A stretch of DNA of 64,000 nt from Promethearchaeota archaeon (lineage in GTDB: Archaea > Asgardarchaeota > Lokiarchaeia > Sigyniarchaeales > SOKP01), in assembly GCA_016839555.1 (NCBI GenBank), contig JAEOUA010000002.1, positions 26,369 to 90,368 on the forward strand, in the 5' to 3' direction. The translations under genes were made by a program, and so were the position numbers. Each line of letters begins with the position of its first letter. Within the stretch, counting starts at the first letter, position 1. The notes beneath the pieces were generated by a model that did no database searches, was not told the origin of the DNA, and saw only the letters and a list, made by a program, of their open reading frames with translations. Shown in pieces: positions 22,088-31,780 of this stretch.

Positions 22088-23344
22088 TTGAAAAAAAGCA
22101 TGATCGACTTACATAATCATAAAATTGAGCTTTTAGCACCTGTTCAAGATTGGAAAACCTTAAAATTTCTTGAAAATATTCCGGATTCGATTTATTTTGG
22201 CACAACCCATTATAATATGAGACTAAAGGCACAAAATTTTCGAATAGAAGATCTTTCGAAAATTACGGAATATTGCCATTCCATGGATCCTCCTATAAAA
22301 GCATATTTATGTACCAATATTTTGATTTATAATGCAGAATTGAATGGTTTAGAAAATCTTATTAAGGAGGCAAAGGATGCAGAAATCGATGCAATTATTG
22401 CCCATGATATGGCAGTACTTCAATTAGCTAAAAAGTATAGTATTAAATTTCATATATCCACTCAAGCAAATGTTTCTAATATTATCTCAGCCAAATTTTA
22501 TGAGGATTTAGGGGCAGAAAGAATAATATTGGCACGAGAATTGAGCTTAAACCAGATCCGTGAAATAAAAAAGAGTTTAAAGAGCGCAAAAATTGAATGT
22601 TTTATTCACGGTTCGATGTGTACTTCTATTAGCGGAAGATGCTACTTCTCGGCAACAATTAAACATTCACAGAGATTTTCTGCTAATCGGGGAAATTGCG
22701 TGCAGCCTTGTAGAAGAAAATGGCGAGTGATTGATGATTAAAATAATGAGTTTATTTATGATGGTCAAATGTTCCTAAATGCAAAAGATTTATGTATGAT
22801 TGAATATATCCCCGATTTAATTGAAGCTAATATCGATGCTTTTAAAATAGAAGGAAGGATGAAAGACCCCCTCTACGTAAAAACTGTCGCCTCATGCTAT
22901 AAAGAAGCTATAAGTAGTTATTATGATGCAACCTTTTCTAAGAAAAAAGTAAAGGACTGGCTTAAAAGATTATTAAAAGTATATAATAGAGGGTTTCATA
23001 CTGGTTTTTATTTTCAAAACCCTACTCCGAGTGATATACAATTAAATAAAAGAGGTAATATCTCCCCTCATAAAAAGCATTATATTGGAAGGATTTTAAC
23101 CTATAATGAAAAAATTAAAACTGCTGAGCTCCTAATTGAAGCGAAAAGTTTGCCAATAATAGAAGGGAATGAATTTATTATAGAAGGGGATGATACCTAC
23201 CTCTTAGAAAAATTTAATAATTTATTATTACATGGCACGCAAATTCATTCTATCCAGAGGGATAAAGAAGATTTTCCAATTAAAATCAATGTGAAACTTG
23301 AAAATCCAGTTCTTTCAGGAGACAAAATATACAAGTTTCAATAA
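22088..23344 (+). pseudogene. Peptidase U32 family protein (TrhP/RlhA-like Fe-S hydroxylase) interrupted by an in-frame TAA at 22739-22741
   Basis: ELLAP, HISTQAN, LARELS, HGSMC.SISGRC, NRGNCVQPCR, then KDLCM and KIEGR in the same frame after the stop. Confidence 0.85.
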
Positions 23345-23497
23345 GCTAATCATTCTTGCTTTGTACTAATACTATTAAATTAGAAAAAATCAAAAGAGAT
23401 AAGTAAAACATCTGTAAATTGTTAATTATAAAAGAAAATAAATATAATAGAAATAATTGTTTCAATATAGGTATTATTATAAACTGGAGATAATAAA

Positions 23498-24175
23498 ATG
23501 GATTTTGAAGAAAATAGACGTGAATTGGTTGAAAATCTTAAAGAGCGAGGTATATTGACACAAAAAAAAGTTATTAATGCCATGTTAAAAGTTCCCAGAG
23601 AACAATTTATTCCTAAAAGTGTCAAATCTTCTGCCTATATAGACACTCCATTATCAATTGGTTCCGGACAAACTATAAGTGCGCCTCATATGAATGCGAT
23701 GATGTGTGAGATTTTAGATTTTAAGGAAGGTGATAAAGTATTAGAAATTGGCACTGGATCGGGCTATCACGCTGCTTTATGCGCGGAATTAGTGGCTCCC
23801 GAAGGCAGTAAAAATCCGGGCCACATCTATACTATTGAAAGACATGAAAATTTAGCTAAAAAGGCTCGAGAGAATTTAAGAAATTTAGATTATGATAAAC
23901 ATATTTCTGTGATCATTGGAGATGGCACTGTGGGATATCCAAAAGAAGCTCCTTATGACAAAATTTTAGTAACCGCCGCTTCTCCGCTACCTATTCCTTC
24001 ACCTTTTAAAGAACAATTAAAAGACGGAGGTATATTATGTATTCCTGCAGGCTCAAGACAATTCACTCAAAATCTATATAAAATCACTAAAAAGGGAGAT
24101 AAATTTAAGAAAAAAAGGATTACAGGAGTGAGATTCGTAAGTCTCATAGGAAAACATGGGTTTAATGAATCTTAA
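23498..24175 (+). CDS. pcm: Protein-L-isoaspartate O-methyltransferase
   Basis: VPREQF, GQTISAPHM, LEIGTGSGY, APYDKILVTAA, RFV.LIG. Confidence 0.95.
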   Translation: MDFEENRRELVENLKERGILTQKKVINAMLKVPREQFIPKSVKSSAYIDTPLSIGSGQTISAPHMNAMMCEILDFKEGDKVLEIGTGSGYHAALCAELVAPEGSKNPGHIYTIERHENLAKKARENLRNLDYDKHISVIIGDGTVGYPKEAPYDKILVTAASPLPIPSPFKEQLKDGGILCIPAGSRQFTQNLYKITKKGDKFKKKRITGVRFVSLIGKHGFNES

Positions 24176-24341
24176 TTATTATAATTTAAAAAAAAAGATA
24201 ATTTAAATAAAAATAGCATTATAACTAATTAATTTAAAATCTCGTTTTGACAAAAGATGAATATTGTTTTTTGTTTTTCTCTTCTGGATTTTAATGATTG
24301 ATAACGTTAACCATCCAACTGAAAATTCTTAAAAAAAATAT

Positions 24342-26303
24342 TTGAAAGAGAAAATGGAAAAATTTAAGCTGAATGTGGACTTTATCAACAAGTTTAGGAA
24401 TAAACAACCAGATTGGGGGCCTTTAGGTTATTTCACTTATAAAAGAACTTATGCTCGATATTTAGAAGAAAAAGACAGAAAAGAAGAATTTTGGGAAACC
24501 GTCCAAAGAGTAGTAGAAGGGTGTTTTTCAATACAAAAAACCCATTGTCGGAATTTGAAACTTCCATGGGATGACCAAAAGGCGCGAGATTCTGCTGAGC
24601 GTATGTATGAAAAAATTTGGAATTTTAAGATGACTCCTCCTGGAAGAGGCTTATGGATTATGGGAACGAAATTTATTGCTGAACATGGCTCAATGGCATT
24701 AAATAATTGCGGATTTGTGTCCACCAAGGATATAGATATTAAATATACGAAATCCTTCGAGTTTCTTATGTATGCTTTGATGGTAGGGGTGGGTGTAGGA
24801 TTTGATACTAAAGGAGCTGGAAAAATTACCATTAAAAAGCCAACAGAGGGTCATTTTGAATTCATCATCCCCGATAGTAGAGAAGGATGGGTAGAAGCCT
24901 TAAAACTTTTACTAGAAGCTTATTTTCTCGGGAAACAGGTTCCAATATACGATTATTCAGAAATTAGGCCCAAGGGAGAACCTCTGGAAAGTTTTGGAGG
25001 TACTGCTTCTGGACCTGAACCATTAAAAAGAATACTTTCTCAAATCGAAAAAATACTTACTACTAGAATTGGAAAACCCTTAAGTCCTCTAAATATCTTA
25101 GATATTATGAATTTAATTGGAACATGTGTTATTGCTGGTGGTATAAGAAGAAGTGCGGAAATAGGTTTAGGAGAACAAAATGATAAAGAGTTTATTACCG
25201 CAAAACAAGATAAAGAAAAATTAAATTCACATCGTTGGGTGAGTAATAACAGCATTATTGCAGAAATTGGCATGAATTATGATTTTATAGTAGAACAATT
25301 AATCAAAAATGGGGAACCTGGATTATTTTGGCTCGAAAACGCTAGAAAATACTCTCGAATGATAGATCCACCGAATTATAAAGACAAGAGTGTTTTAGGA
25401 ATGAATCCATGTGGAGAAATCTCTTTAGAATCCTTTGAGCTGTGTAACTTAGTAGAAACTTATCCCTCAAGGCATGAAAATTGGGATGAATTTAAGGAAA
25501 CTCTGAAATATGCGTATATGTATGCCAAGACAGTAACTCTCTTAAATACAAATAATGAAATGACAAATGCTGTAATGTTAAAAAATAGAAGATTAGGAAT
25601 TTCTCAAACAGGCATAATTGAAGCATTCAACAGACATGGAAAAGCTACAATAATGGAATGGTGTCAAAAAGGATATGATTATCTAAAACAATTAGATGAG
25701 AAATATTCTCACTGGTTATGCATTCCGAAATCTATTAAATTAACCACGGTAAAGCCGAGTGGAACCGTTAGTTTATTACCAGGAGTGTCTCAAGGGATCC
25801 ATTTTCCCCATTCAAAATATTATTTAAGAAGAATACGTATTCAAGAAAACTCGGAATTAGTCGATATAGTCAAAGTTGCAGGATATAAAGTATTGAAAGA
25901 TGAATATTCTGAAAATGTATTGCTAATTGAATTTCCGATTAAAAAGGAACATTATAAAAGAGGGAAAAAGGATGTATCAATGTGGGAGCAAGCAGAAAAT
26001 GCAGCATTTTATCAGAAATACTGGTCAGATAATCAAGTATCAGTAACAATAACCTTTAAAGAAGAGGAAAAAAAAGATATTAAGTACTTACTTAAGGCAT
26101 ATCAAGATAAATTGAAAAGTGTTTCTTTTCTTCCTTTACAAGAGCATGGATACAAACAAGCACCCTATCAAGAAATAACAAAAGACGAATATAAAGAATT
26201 ATCCGAAGGATTAAAACCTCTATATTTAGATAAAGTTAAAGAAAAAGCAAGAGGAGAGATCTTCTGTGATTCAGAAGAATGTGAAATTCATATTAATAAA
26301 TAA
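24342..26303 (+). CDS. nrdJ: Adenosylcobalamin-dependent (class II, monomeric RTPR-type) ribonucleotide reductase
   Basis: YKRTY, PPGRGLW, LNNC, RRSAE, NPCGEI radical Cys, VKPSGT, QAPY, C-terminal CDSEEC redox pair. Confidence 0.93.
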   Translation: MKEKMEKFKLNVDFINKFRNKQPDWGPLGYFTYKRTYARYLEEKDRKEEFWETVQRVVEGCFSIQKTHCRNLKLPWDDQKARDSAERMYEKIWNFKMTPPGRGLWIMGTKFIAEHGSMALNNCGFVSTKDIDIKYTKSFEFLMYALMVGVGVGFDTKGAGKITIKKPTEGHFEFIIPDSREGWVEALKLLLEAYFLGKQVPIYDYSEIRPKGEPLESFGGTASGPEPLKRILSQIEKILTTRIGKPLSPLNILDIMNLIGTCVIAGGIRRSAEIGLGEQNDKEFITAKQDKEKLNSHRWVSNNSIIAEIGMNYDFIVEQLIKNGEPGLFWLENARKYSRMIDPPNYKDKSVLGMNPCGEISLESFELCNLVETYPSRHENWDEFKETLKYAYMYAKTVTLLNTNNEMTNAVMLKNRRLGISQTGIIEAFNRHGKATIMEWCQKGYDYLKQLDEKYSHWLCIPKSIKLTTVKPSGTVSLLPGVSQGIHFPHSKYYLRRIRIQENSELVDIVKVAGYKVLKDEYSENVLLIEFPIKKEHYKRGKKDVSMWEQAENAAFYQKYWSDNQVSVTITFKEEEKKDIKYLLKAYQDKLKSVSFLPLQEHGYKQAPYQEITKDEYKELSEGLKPLYLDKVKEKARGEIFCDSEECEIHINK

Positions 26304-26370
26304 TTTTTAACTATTTTTTCTTGCCTATATAAAAAAAAAGTTTTCAATGTAGGAATTCAATTATATATAA

Positions 26371-26781
26371 TTATTTATTTTTTAATTTCATAAAATCGTT
26401 CGCTTTTCTGATTACACTCTTCATTTGATTGAAATGTGCTTTTTCAATAGCCTGATTGAATGGTAACCATTTAAAATCTTCATGCTTAGAGCTTAATTCG
26501 ACTTCTTTTTCTTCGGACTGTACCAACATATAAGTTACGAATTTATGAATACTCTCACTTTGCAAGTTATAGTGATAATCAATGTGTTCTTCAAAATCTT
26601 TTATTATTTTTGCCTTCTCTATTCCTATATCTTCCTTTAATAGTCTTTTTATAATTTTTTCTTTAGATTCTTCTTGTTCAATATCAACTTTCACTAATCC
26701 CCAATACCCTAATTTAAATTTTAATAATAAAAATTTGTCTTCATAAATTACTACAGCACCAATAGAATTCTCATTTCTCAT
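26371..26781 (-). CDS. NUDIX-fold protein, Ap4A-hydrolase-like, with degenerate Nudix box
   Basis: SIGAVV, FLLL, LSSKHEDFKWLPF; box reads KVDIEQEESKEKIIKRLLKEDIGI. Confidence 0.72.
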   Translation of the reverse strand: MRNENSIGAVVIYEDKFLLLKFKLGYWGLVKVDIEQEESKEKIIKRLLKEDIGIEKAKIIKDFEEHIDYHYNLQSESIHKFVTYMLVQSEEKEVELSSKHEDFKWLPFNQAIEKAHFNQMKSVIRKANDFMKLKNK

Positions 26782-27180
26782 ATTTTCTTCCAGATATTAA
26801 TTTTATTAAAGATATATGCTATATTTTTTTAAGAATAAAAAGAATTAAAACTTAACACGACTAAAACTTCTACTTAAACTTAAAAAAATCAAATTCCTTT
26901 TTATATAATAGATAAGAATTACTTTATTTAAACCTATAATGTGTTACAAACCTAGGAAATGGAATTATATATAATATTTTTTTGATTCTTATATTTGTCA
27001 AAATATACTAAAGATTCGAGAACAAATACTAGAGTAAATAAAATTAAAATAATATTACTATTTTTTTTTCAATCATTATTAGTTATTAATGATTTAAATA
27101 TCTTTTTTGAAGTTTAATTAAAAATGAATTTCGAAATGATTATTCAGTCACTTCTAAAATATTTTCATCTTTCATTTTTA

Positions 27181-27309
27181 AAAATCCAACATCTCCAACA
27201 TAATAAATACTATTGAATCAAAAAATTAAATAATAGTGTTCTATGAAAAGATTTTAAAAAAATCTTAAAGAATAAAATGGCAATTATAACAGGAAGGGCT
27301 CAAAGAATT
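27181..27309 (+). repeat. Degenerate direct copy of the promoter and first ~16 codons of the SDR gene at 28824 (second copy ~28743-28871)
   Basis: CCAACATCTCCA.CA.AATAAATA.TATTGAAT shared; ILKNKMAIITGRAQRI vs MLKDKVAVITGGAQGI, with ATG changed to ATC. Confidence 0.8.
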
Positions 27310-27673
27310 CAATTAGATCTTCAAGATCTTCATCAATTTTCCCTCTAAAAAATGTATATATAATAGAGTTAATGTTTTTTTATGAATGCAATCGATTAAG
27401 GGCATTCTTAACTTTTTCTAGAGTAGGGATGGGACTATTTGGGGAATTTACATCTTCAAATGCAATGCGTAAACATTCTTTATGAGCAATTTTAGCAATT
27501 TCTGCCAATATTTCTATTATTCTTTGCAAAACTCTACATTAAGAAATATTTCTTGATTCAAATGAGGACACAATATTCAATATATTGCATTCCAGATTAT
27601 AAAAATAATTCATTATTTTTTTCAGAGTTAGGATAATTTCTGTTTTGAATTTTGCATCCGAATTTCTCGACAT
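27310..27673 (-). pseudogene. Decayed gene, possibly a sugar-phosphate isomerase/epimerase TIM barrel
   Basis: Frame from ATG 27673 has several stops; contains EILAEIAKIAHKECLRIAFEDVNSPNSPIPTLEKV. Confidence 0.35.
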
Positions 27674-27806
27674 TTAGATATTTTTAGATTTTAAATTTAG
27701 GAAAAAATATATATACCAATATTATGATAAATCAAATGATTAATAATCTTTAAATATAAATTCTAAAAGTATAAAAAGAAAGAGAATTAATGCAAGTGAA
27801 TAAAAA

Positions 27807-28538
27807 ATGGTAAAGACAGCAATCGTTATAAATGCTACTATCAGTATATTCTTAATTGTGACATTTATATTTATTGGACTGATAATGTTCTATAAATATA
27901 TTAAATTCAAGAATAAAGCCCTCCTTTATATGGGATTGACTTGGATAGGATTAAGTCAATCGTGGTTAGGTTCAGCAATTACTGTTTTTTTGGTCGTTCT
28001 CAATCCAGCCAGTAATGGATTAAGCCCTGAAGCGTATATTATTCTTAGCACATGCCTTATCCCATTGACTACCCCATTATATGTTTTTGCAATGACTGAT
28101 ATGGTAATGAAAAAATATAAGACTATTCTACGAGTTATTACAATTGTATATAGCGCTTTTTACGAAATCTTGATGTTTACGTTAATTTTCACAGCTAATA
28201 TTCATTTAATGATCATTAAAACTAGTCCTGCTGAGATTCAAATTACGCTTTTGACTATAATACTTCTCCTGTATTTTATGATAATTTTTCTTGTTTTAGG
28301 TTTTGTTTTCTGCTATCAATCTTTAAAAGTCGATGATCAAGAAATTAGGTTAAAAGGAAAGATTTTGCTCTTTTCATATATATTATTTCTTGTTGGAAAC
28401 TTACTTGAGCAAATACAAATTATTGCTTTACAAAGAATTCTACTGATTATAAGTGCTATTGGATTTTACATCGGATATAATCTTCCAAGTTGGATAAAAA
28501 GGCTATTTTTAAAAAATAAAATGGAACAATCAATTTAA
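27807..28538 (+). CDS. Hypothetical ~7-TM membrane protein
   Basis: Seven hydrophobic segments; C-terminal GYNLPSWIKR. Confidence 0.75.
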   Translation: MVKTAIVINATISIFLIVTFIFIGLIMFYKYIKFKNKALLYMGLTWIGLSQSWLGSAITVFLVVLNPASNGLSPEAYIILSTCLIPLTTPLYVFAMTDMVMKKYKTILRVITIVYSAFYEILMFTLIFTANIHLMIIKTSPAEIQITLLTIILLLYFMIIFLVLGFVFCYQSLKVDDQEIRLKGKILLFSYILFLVGNLLEQIQIIALQRILLIISAIGFYIGYNLPSWIKRLFLKNKMEQSI

Positions 28539-28823
28539 TGGAGTCCATAAATTTTTTTATATTTTTTATATTTTTAATTTTTTTCAAAATATTTTTAAAT
28601 TTATTCATAAATAATCAAGGAACTTAGAAAGAGAGCAGTTTTAGCATTTTGGGTTTATTTTCTTATATATTAGAGGAACTTTTTAGATATTAAAGTTTTA
28701 AACCTACTTCCTTAATTTTAATAATTTTTATTTTAATTTTTAAAAACCCAACATCTCCAGCACAATAAATATTATTGAATTAAACTATAAAATAAATATA
28801 TTCTCTAAAAACGGTTTAAAAAA

Positions 28824-29597
28824 ATGTTAAAGGATAAAGTGGCAGTTATAACTGGAGGTGCCCAAGGAATTGGGAAAGCAATTGCTATTAGATTTGCTCA
28901 AGAAGGAGCAAAAATAGCTATTATTGATTTAAAAGATTCAGCTAAGACTGAAAATGAAATCAGAAATATTGGGGGCGAAATGATTTCTTTCATTGCTGAT
29001 GTTGCTGATGAAATATCTGTAAAAAACGCTTTTAATGCTATTATAGAAAAATGGGAAAAAATAGATATCCTCGTTAATAATGCAGGAATCTACCCACTAG
29101 AAAATTTTATCGATATATCAATAGAAAAATTTAAAAGAGTGTTCGATACAAATGTTATAGGAACCTTCATCTGCTCGCAATACGTTGCAAATATATTTAT
29201 CTCAAAATCAATAAAGGGAACTATTCTAAATATCGCGTCAGCAGGAGGAATTAGACCAGATAAATATCATAGTCATTATGGTGCGTCGAAAGCTGCAATA
29301 ATTTCCTTAACAAAAGCAATGGCAAAGGAACTAATTAATAATAAGATTCGAGTAAATGCCATAGCTCCTGGAGCTATCAATACTGAAGGATCAAAAAATC
29401 CAGGGCTTTTTGAAAATTCGGGAAAATTACCGGATAAATTTATGGAGGAACAAATGAAAAAATTTTCTCCTCTAACAAAATCAGGAATGGGAGAACCAAT
29501 AGATGTTGCTGAAATGGCACTGTATCTCGTTTCAGATAAAGCTAAGTATATTACTGGGGCAATTATTCAAGTGGACGGTGGCCGTCTTTTATTTTAA
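28824..29597 (+). CDS. Short-chain dehydrogenase/reductase (FabG-like)
   Basis: TGGAQGIG, NNAG, YGASK, VNAIAPG, VDGG. Confidence 0.93.
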   Translation: MLKDKVAVITGGAQGIGKAIAIRFAQEGAKIAIIDLKDSAKTENEIRNIGGEMISFIADVADEISVKNAFNAIIEKWEKIDILVNNAGIYPLENFIDISIEKFKRVFDTNVIGTFICSQYVANIFISKSIKGTILNIASAGGIRPDKYHSHYGASKAAIISLTKAMAKELINNKIRVNAIAPGAINTEGSKNPGLFENSGKLPDKFMEEQMKKFSPLTKSGMGEPIDVAEMALYLVSDKAKYITGAIIQVDGGRLLF

Positions 29598-29839
29598 TTA
29601 AAATAATAATTTTTTTTTTAATTTCTAAATTTCATTATTTTTAAGGGAATCCCTAGAAATTTCAATGAAAGTATTAAAATGTCTATAGTGTTTATATTTA
29701 TATTTTTTTAGATATAATTCAACCAAATTATTTTATTATAAATGCTATTGTTAATTAAAACAACTTGAAATAACAAGTAAAATCAATATTAAAATTATAA
29801 TATTTACCTAATTATTAAATTTAAAGTATTTTTATAAAA

Positions 29840-31744
29840 ATGGGAAAAAATATCATCATATTTCAACCAGAAGGGAAACGTGTTGAAATAGAAAAAGAAG
29901 ACTCAATTTTGAGTGCTGCATTAAAAGTTGGTGTTGATTTAGTCTCAATTTGTAATGGAAAGGGAACATGTGGTAAATGTAAGGTCATTATAGATAATAT
30001 GGATTCTGTAACTTCTTTAACAGAAAAAGAATCTGAAATGTTATCCAATGATGAGAGAAAAAATAATATACGTTTAGCATGTTTGACAAAAGTTAAAGGA
30101 GATTTAACAGTAAAGGTTCCTGAATTTAGTAGAACAGGTAAACAACGTCTTCAGATCGAGGGGATAGAGACCCCTATAAATTTAAATCCCTTGATTAGAA
30201 AGTATTATTTAGAATTAGAGGAACCTACCTTAGATGATCCTAGATCAGATGTTGATAGAATTATGGATTATTTATATGAGAATTTTAATCTATCGAATTT
30301 AAATATGGATTATTATTTATTAAAAAACCTCGCTAAAATCTTGAGAGAAGCAGAGTGGAAATTTACTGTGGCAATCTGGCAAAATACTATAATAAATATT
30401 GATATTAATGATACGACAGACCGTGTATTTGGATATGCTGTAGATATAGGAACAACAAAACTAGCTGGTTATTTAATTGACTTATTGACTGGTAAAGTTG
30501 TTGCAGCTGGTTCTTTAATGAATCCTCAAATTCCTTATGGAGAAGATGTTGTTTCCAGATTAAACTATCCTGATCAAAAGAAACTACAAGATGCAGTTAT
30601 AGAAGGAATAAACCAGATACTTAATGATTTAAAGGAAAAAACAGCTGTAAAGTCTGAGGAAATCTATGAAATGACAGCTGTCGGAAACACTATTATGCAT
30701 CATTTATTTTTAGGAATTTTTCCTTTATATGTTGGAAGATCTCCATACCCTCCTGTTGTTCGTGAAACGCAAATTGTTAATGCAAGAAATTTAGGCGTAA
30801 AAATTCATCCAAACGGAAGAATTGTATTTTTGCCTACAATTGCAGGATTTGTAGGAGCAGATACCGTTGGAGTTGTCCTCTCTACAGAACTTTATAAAAG
30901 CGAAGATATTTGCCTAGCTATTGATATAGGGACTAACACAGAAGTTGTGCTAGGAAATAAAGATAAGATGTTAGCTGCTTCATGCGCTTCAGGTCCAGCG
31001 TTTGAAGGGGCACATATTAAATTTGGAATGAGAGCAGCTAGTGGATCCATAGAGAATATCAAGATTGATCCAGAGACACTTGATGTTGAATATAAAACTA
31101 TAGATAATGAGCCTCCAATTGGAATATGTGGTTCGGGTATGATTGATTTAGTAGCAGAAATGTTAAAAACAGGAATTATTGATGTGGGAGGAATAATTAA
31201 TCGAAGTCTTAATAGTCCAAGAGTGCGTAGGAATGAAGAATCAATAATAGAATTTGTCGTTGTCTTCTCAGATAAGACAGGAATTAAAAAAGATATTACA
31301 TTTTCTCAGCAAGATGTAAGTCAAATTATTTTAGCTAAAGCTGCAATGCACACAGGCATAAAGCTCTTATTAAAGAATTATAACATAAAAAAAGAAGATA
31401 TTCATAAAGTCTATTTAGCAGGTGCTTTTGGTTCTCATATCAATAAAGAAAGTGCAAGAATGATAGGAATTTTTCCAGAAATAGATTTAGAAAAAGTAAT
31501 TATTGTTGGAAATGCTGCTGGAACAGGAGCAAGAATGTGCCTTGTTTCAGAAGAAGCTAAAAAATTAGTTGAGAAGCTTTCCAAAAAAATAAGATATTTA
31601 GAACTTGGTAATGACCCTGATTTTCAGAAAACATTCATGAATTCAAATATCATTCCATATGCTGATCTGGATGAATTTCCTGAAATATCCAAGACATTAA
31701 AAAAATATGGAAATTATCCTGAACAATCTCCCCCCAAATTTTAA
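29840..31744 (+). CDS. ATP-dependent reductive activator of corrinoid proteins (RACo, ASKHA/DUF4445) with N-terminal 2Fe-2S domain
   Basis: CNGKGTCGKC...RLAC ferredoxin; DIGTT, GEDVVSR, DIGTNTE, GPAFEG, GICGSG, LAGAFG, GNAA. Confidence 0.93.
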   Translation: MGKNIIIFQPEGKRVEIEKEDSILSAALKVGVDLVSICNGKGTCGKCKVIIDNMDSVTSLTEKESEMLSNDERKNNIRLACLTKVKGDLTVKVPEFSRTGKQRLQIEGIETPINLNPLIRKYYLELEEPTLDDPRSDVDRIMDYLYENFNLSNLNMDYYLLKNLAKILREAEWKFTVAIWQNTIINIDINDTTDRVFGYAVDIGTTKLAGYLIDLLTGKVVAAGSLMNPQIPYGEDVVSRLNYPDQKKLQDAVIEGINQILNDLKEKTAVKSEEIYEMTAVGNTIMHHLFLGIFPLYVGRSPYPPVVRETQIVNARNLGVKIHPNGRIVFLPTIAGFVGADTVGVVLSTELYKSEDICLAIDIGTNTEVVLGNKDKMLAASCASGPAFEGAHIKFGMRAASGSIENIKIDPETLDVEYKTIDNEPPIGICGSGMIDLVAEMLKTGIIDVGGIINRSLNSPRVRRNEESIIEFVVVFSDKTGIKKDITFSQQDVSQIILAKAAMHTGIKLLLKNYNIKKEDIHKVYLAGAFGSHINKESARMIGIFPEIDLEKVIIVGNAAGTGARMCLVSEEAKKLVEKLSKKIRYLELGNDPDFQKTFMNSNIIPYADLDEFPEISKTLKKYGNYPEQSPPKF

Positions 31745-31780
31745 TATTATAATGCAATAAATTGATTAATTCTTAGAAAA

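Noticed and set aside
22739-22741. Stop-codon recoding (Sec/Pyl) in the U32 gene
   Set aside because: The codon is TAA, in a variable linker, and TAA is the normal stop throughout the window
24176-24341. Cobalamin riboswitch upstream of nrdJ
   Set aside because: Short and AT-rich, with no recognisable B12-box or GGGAA core
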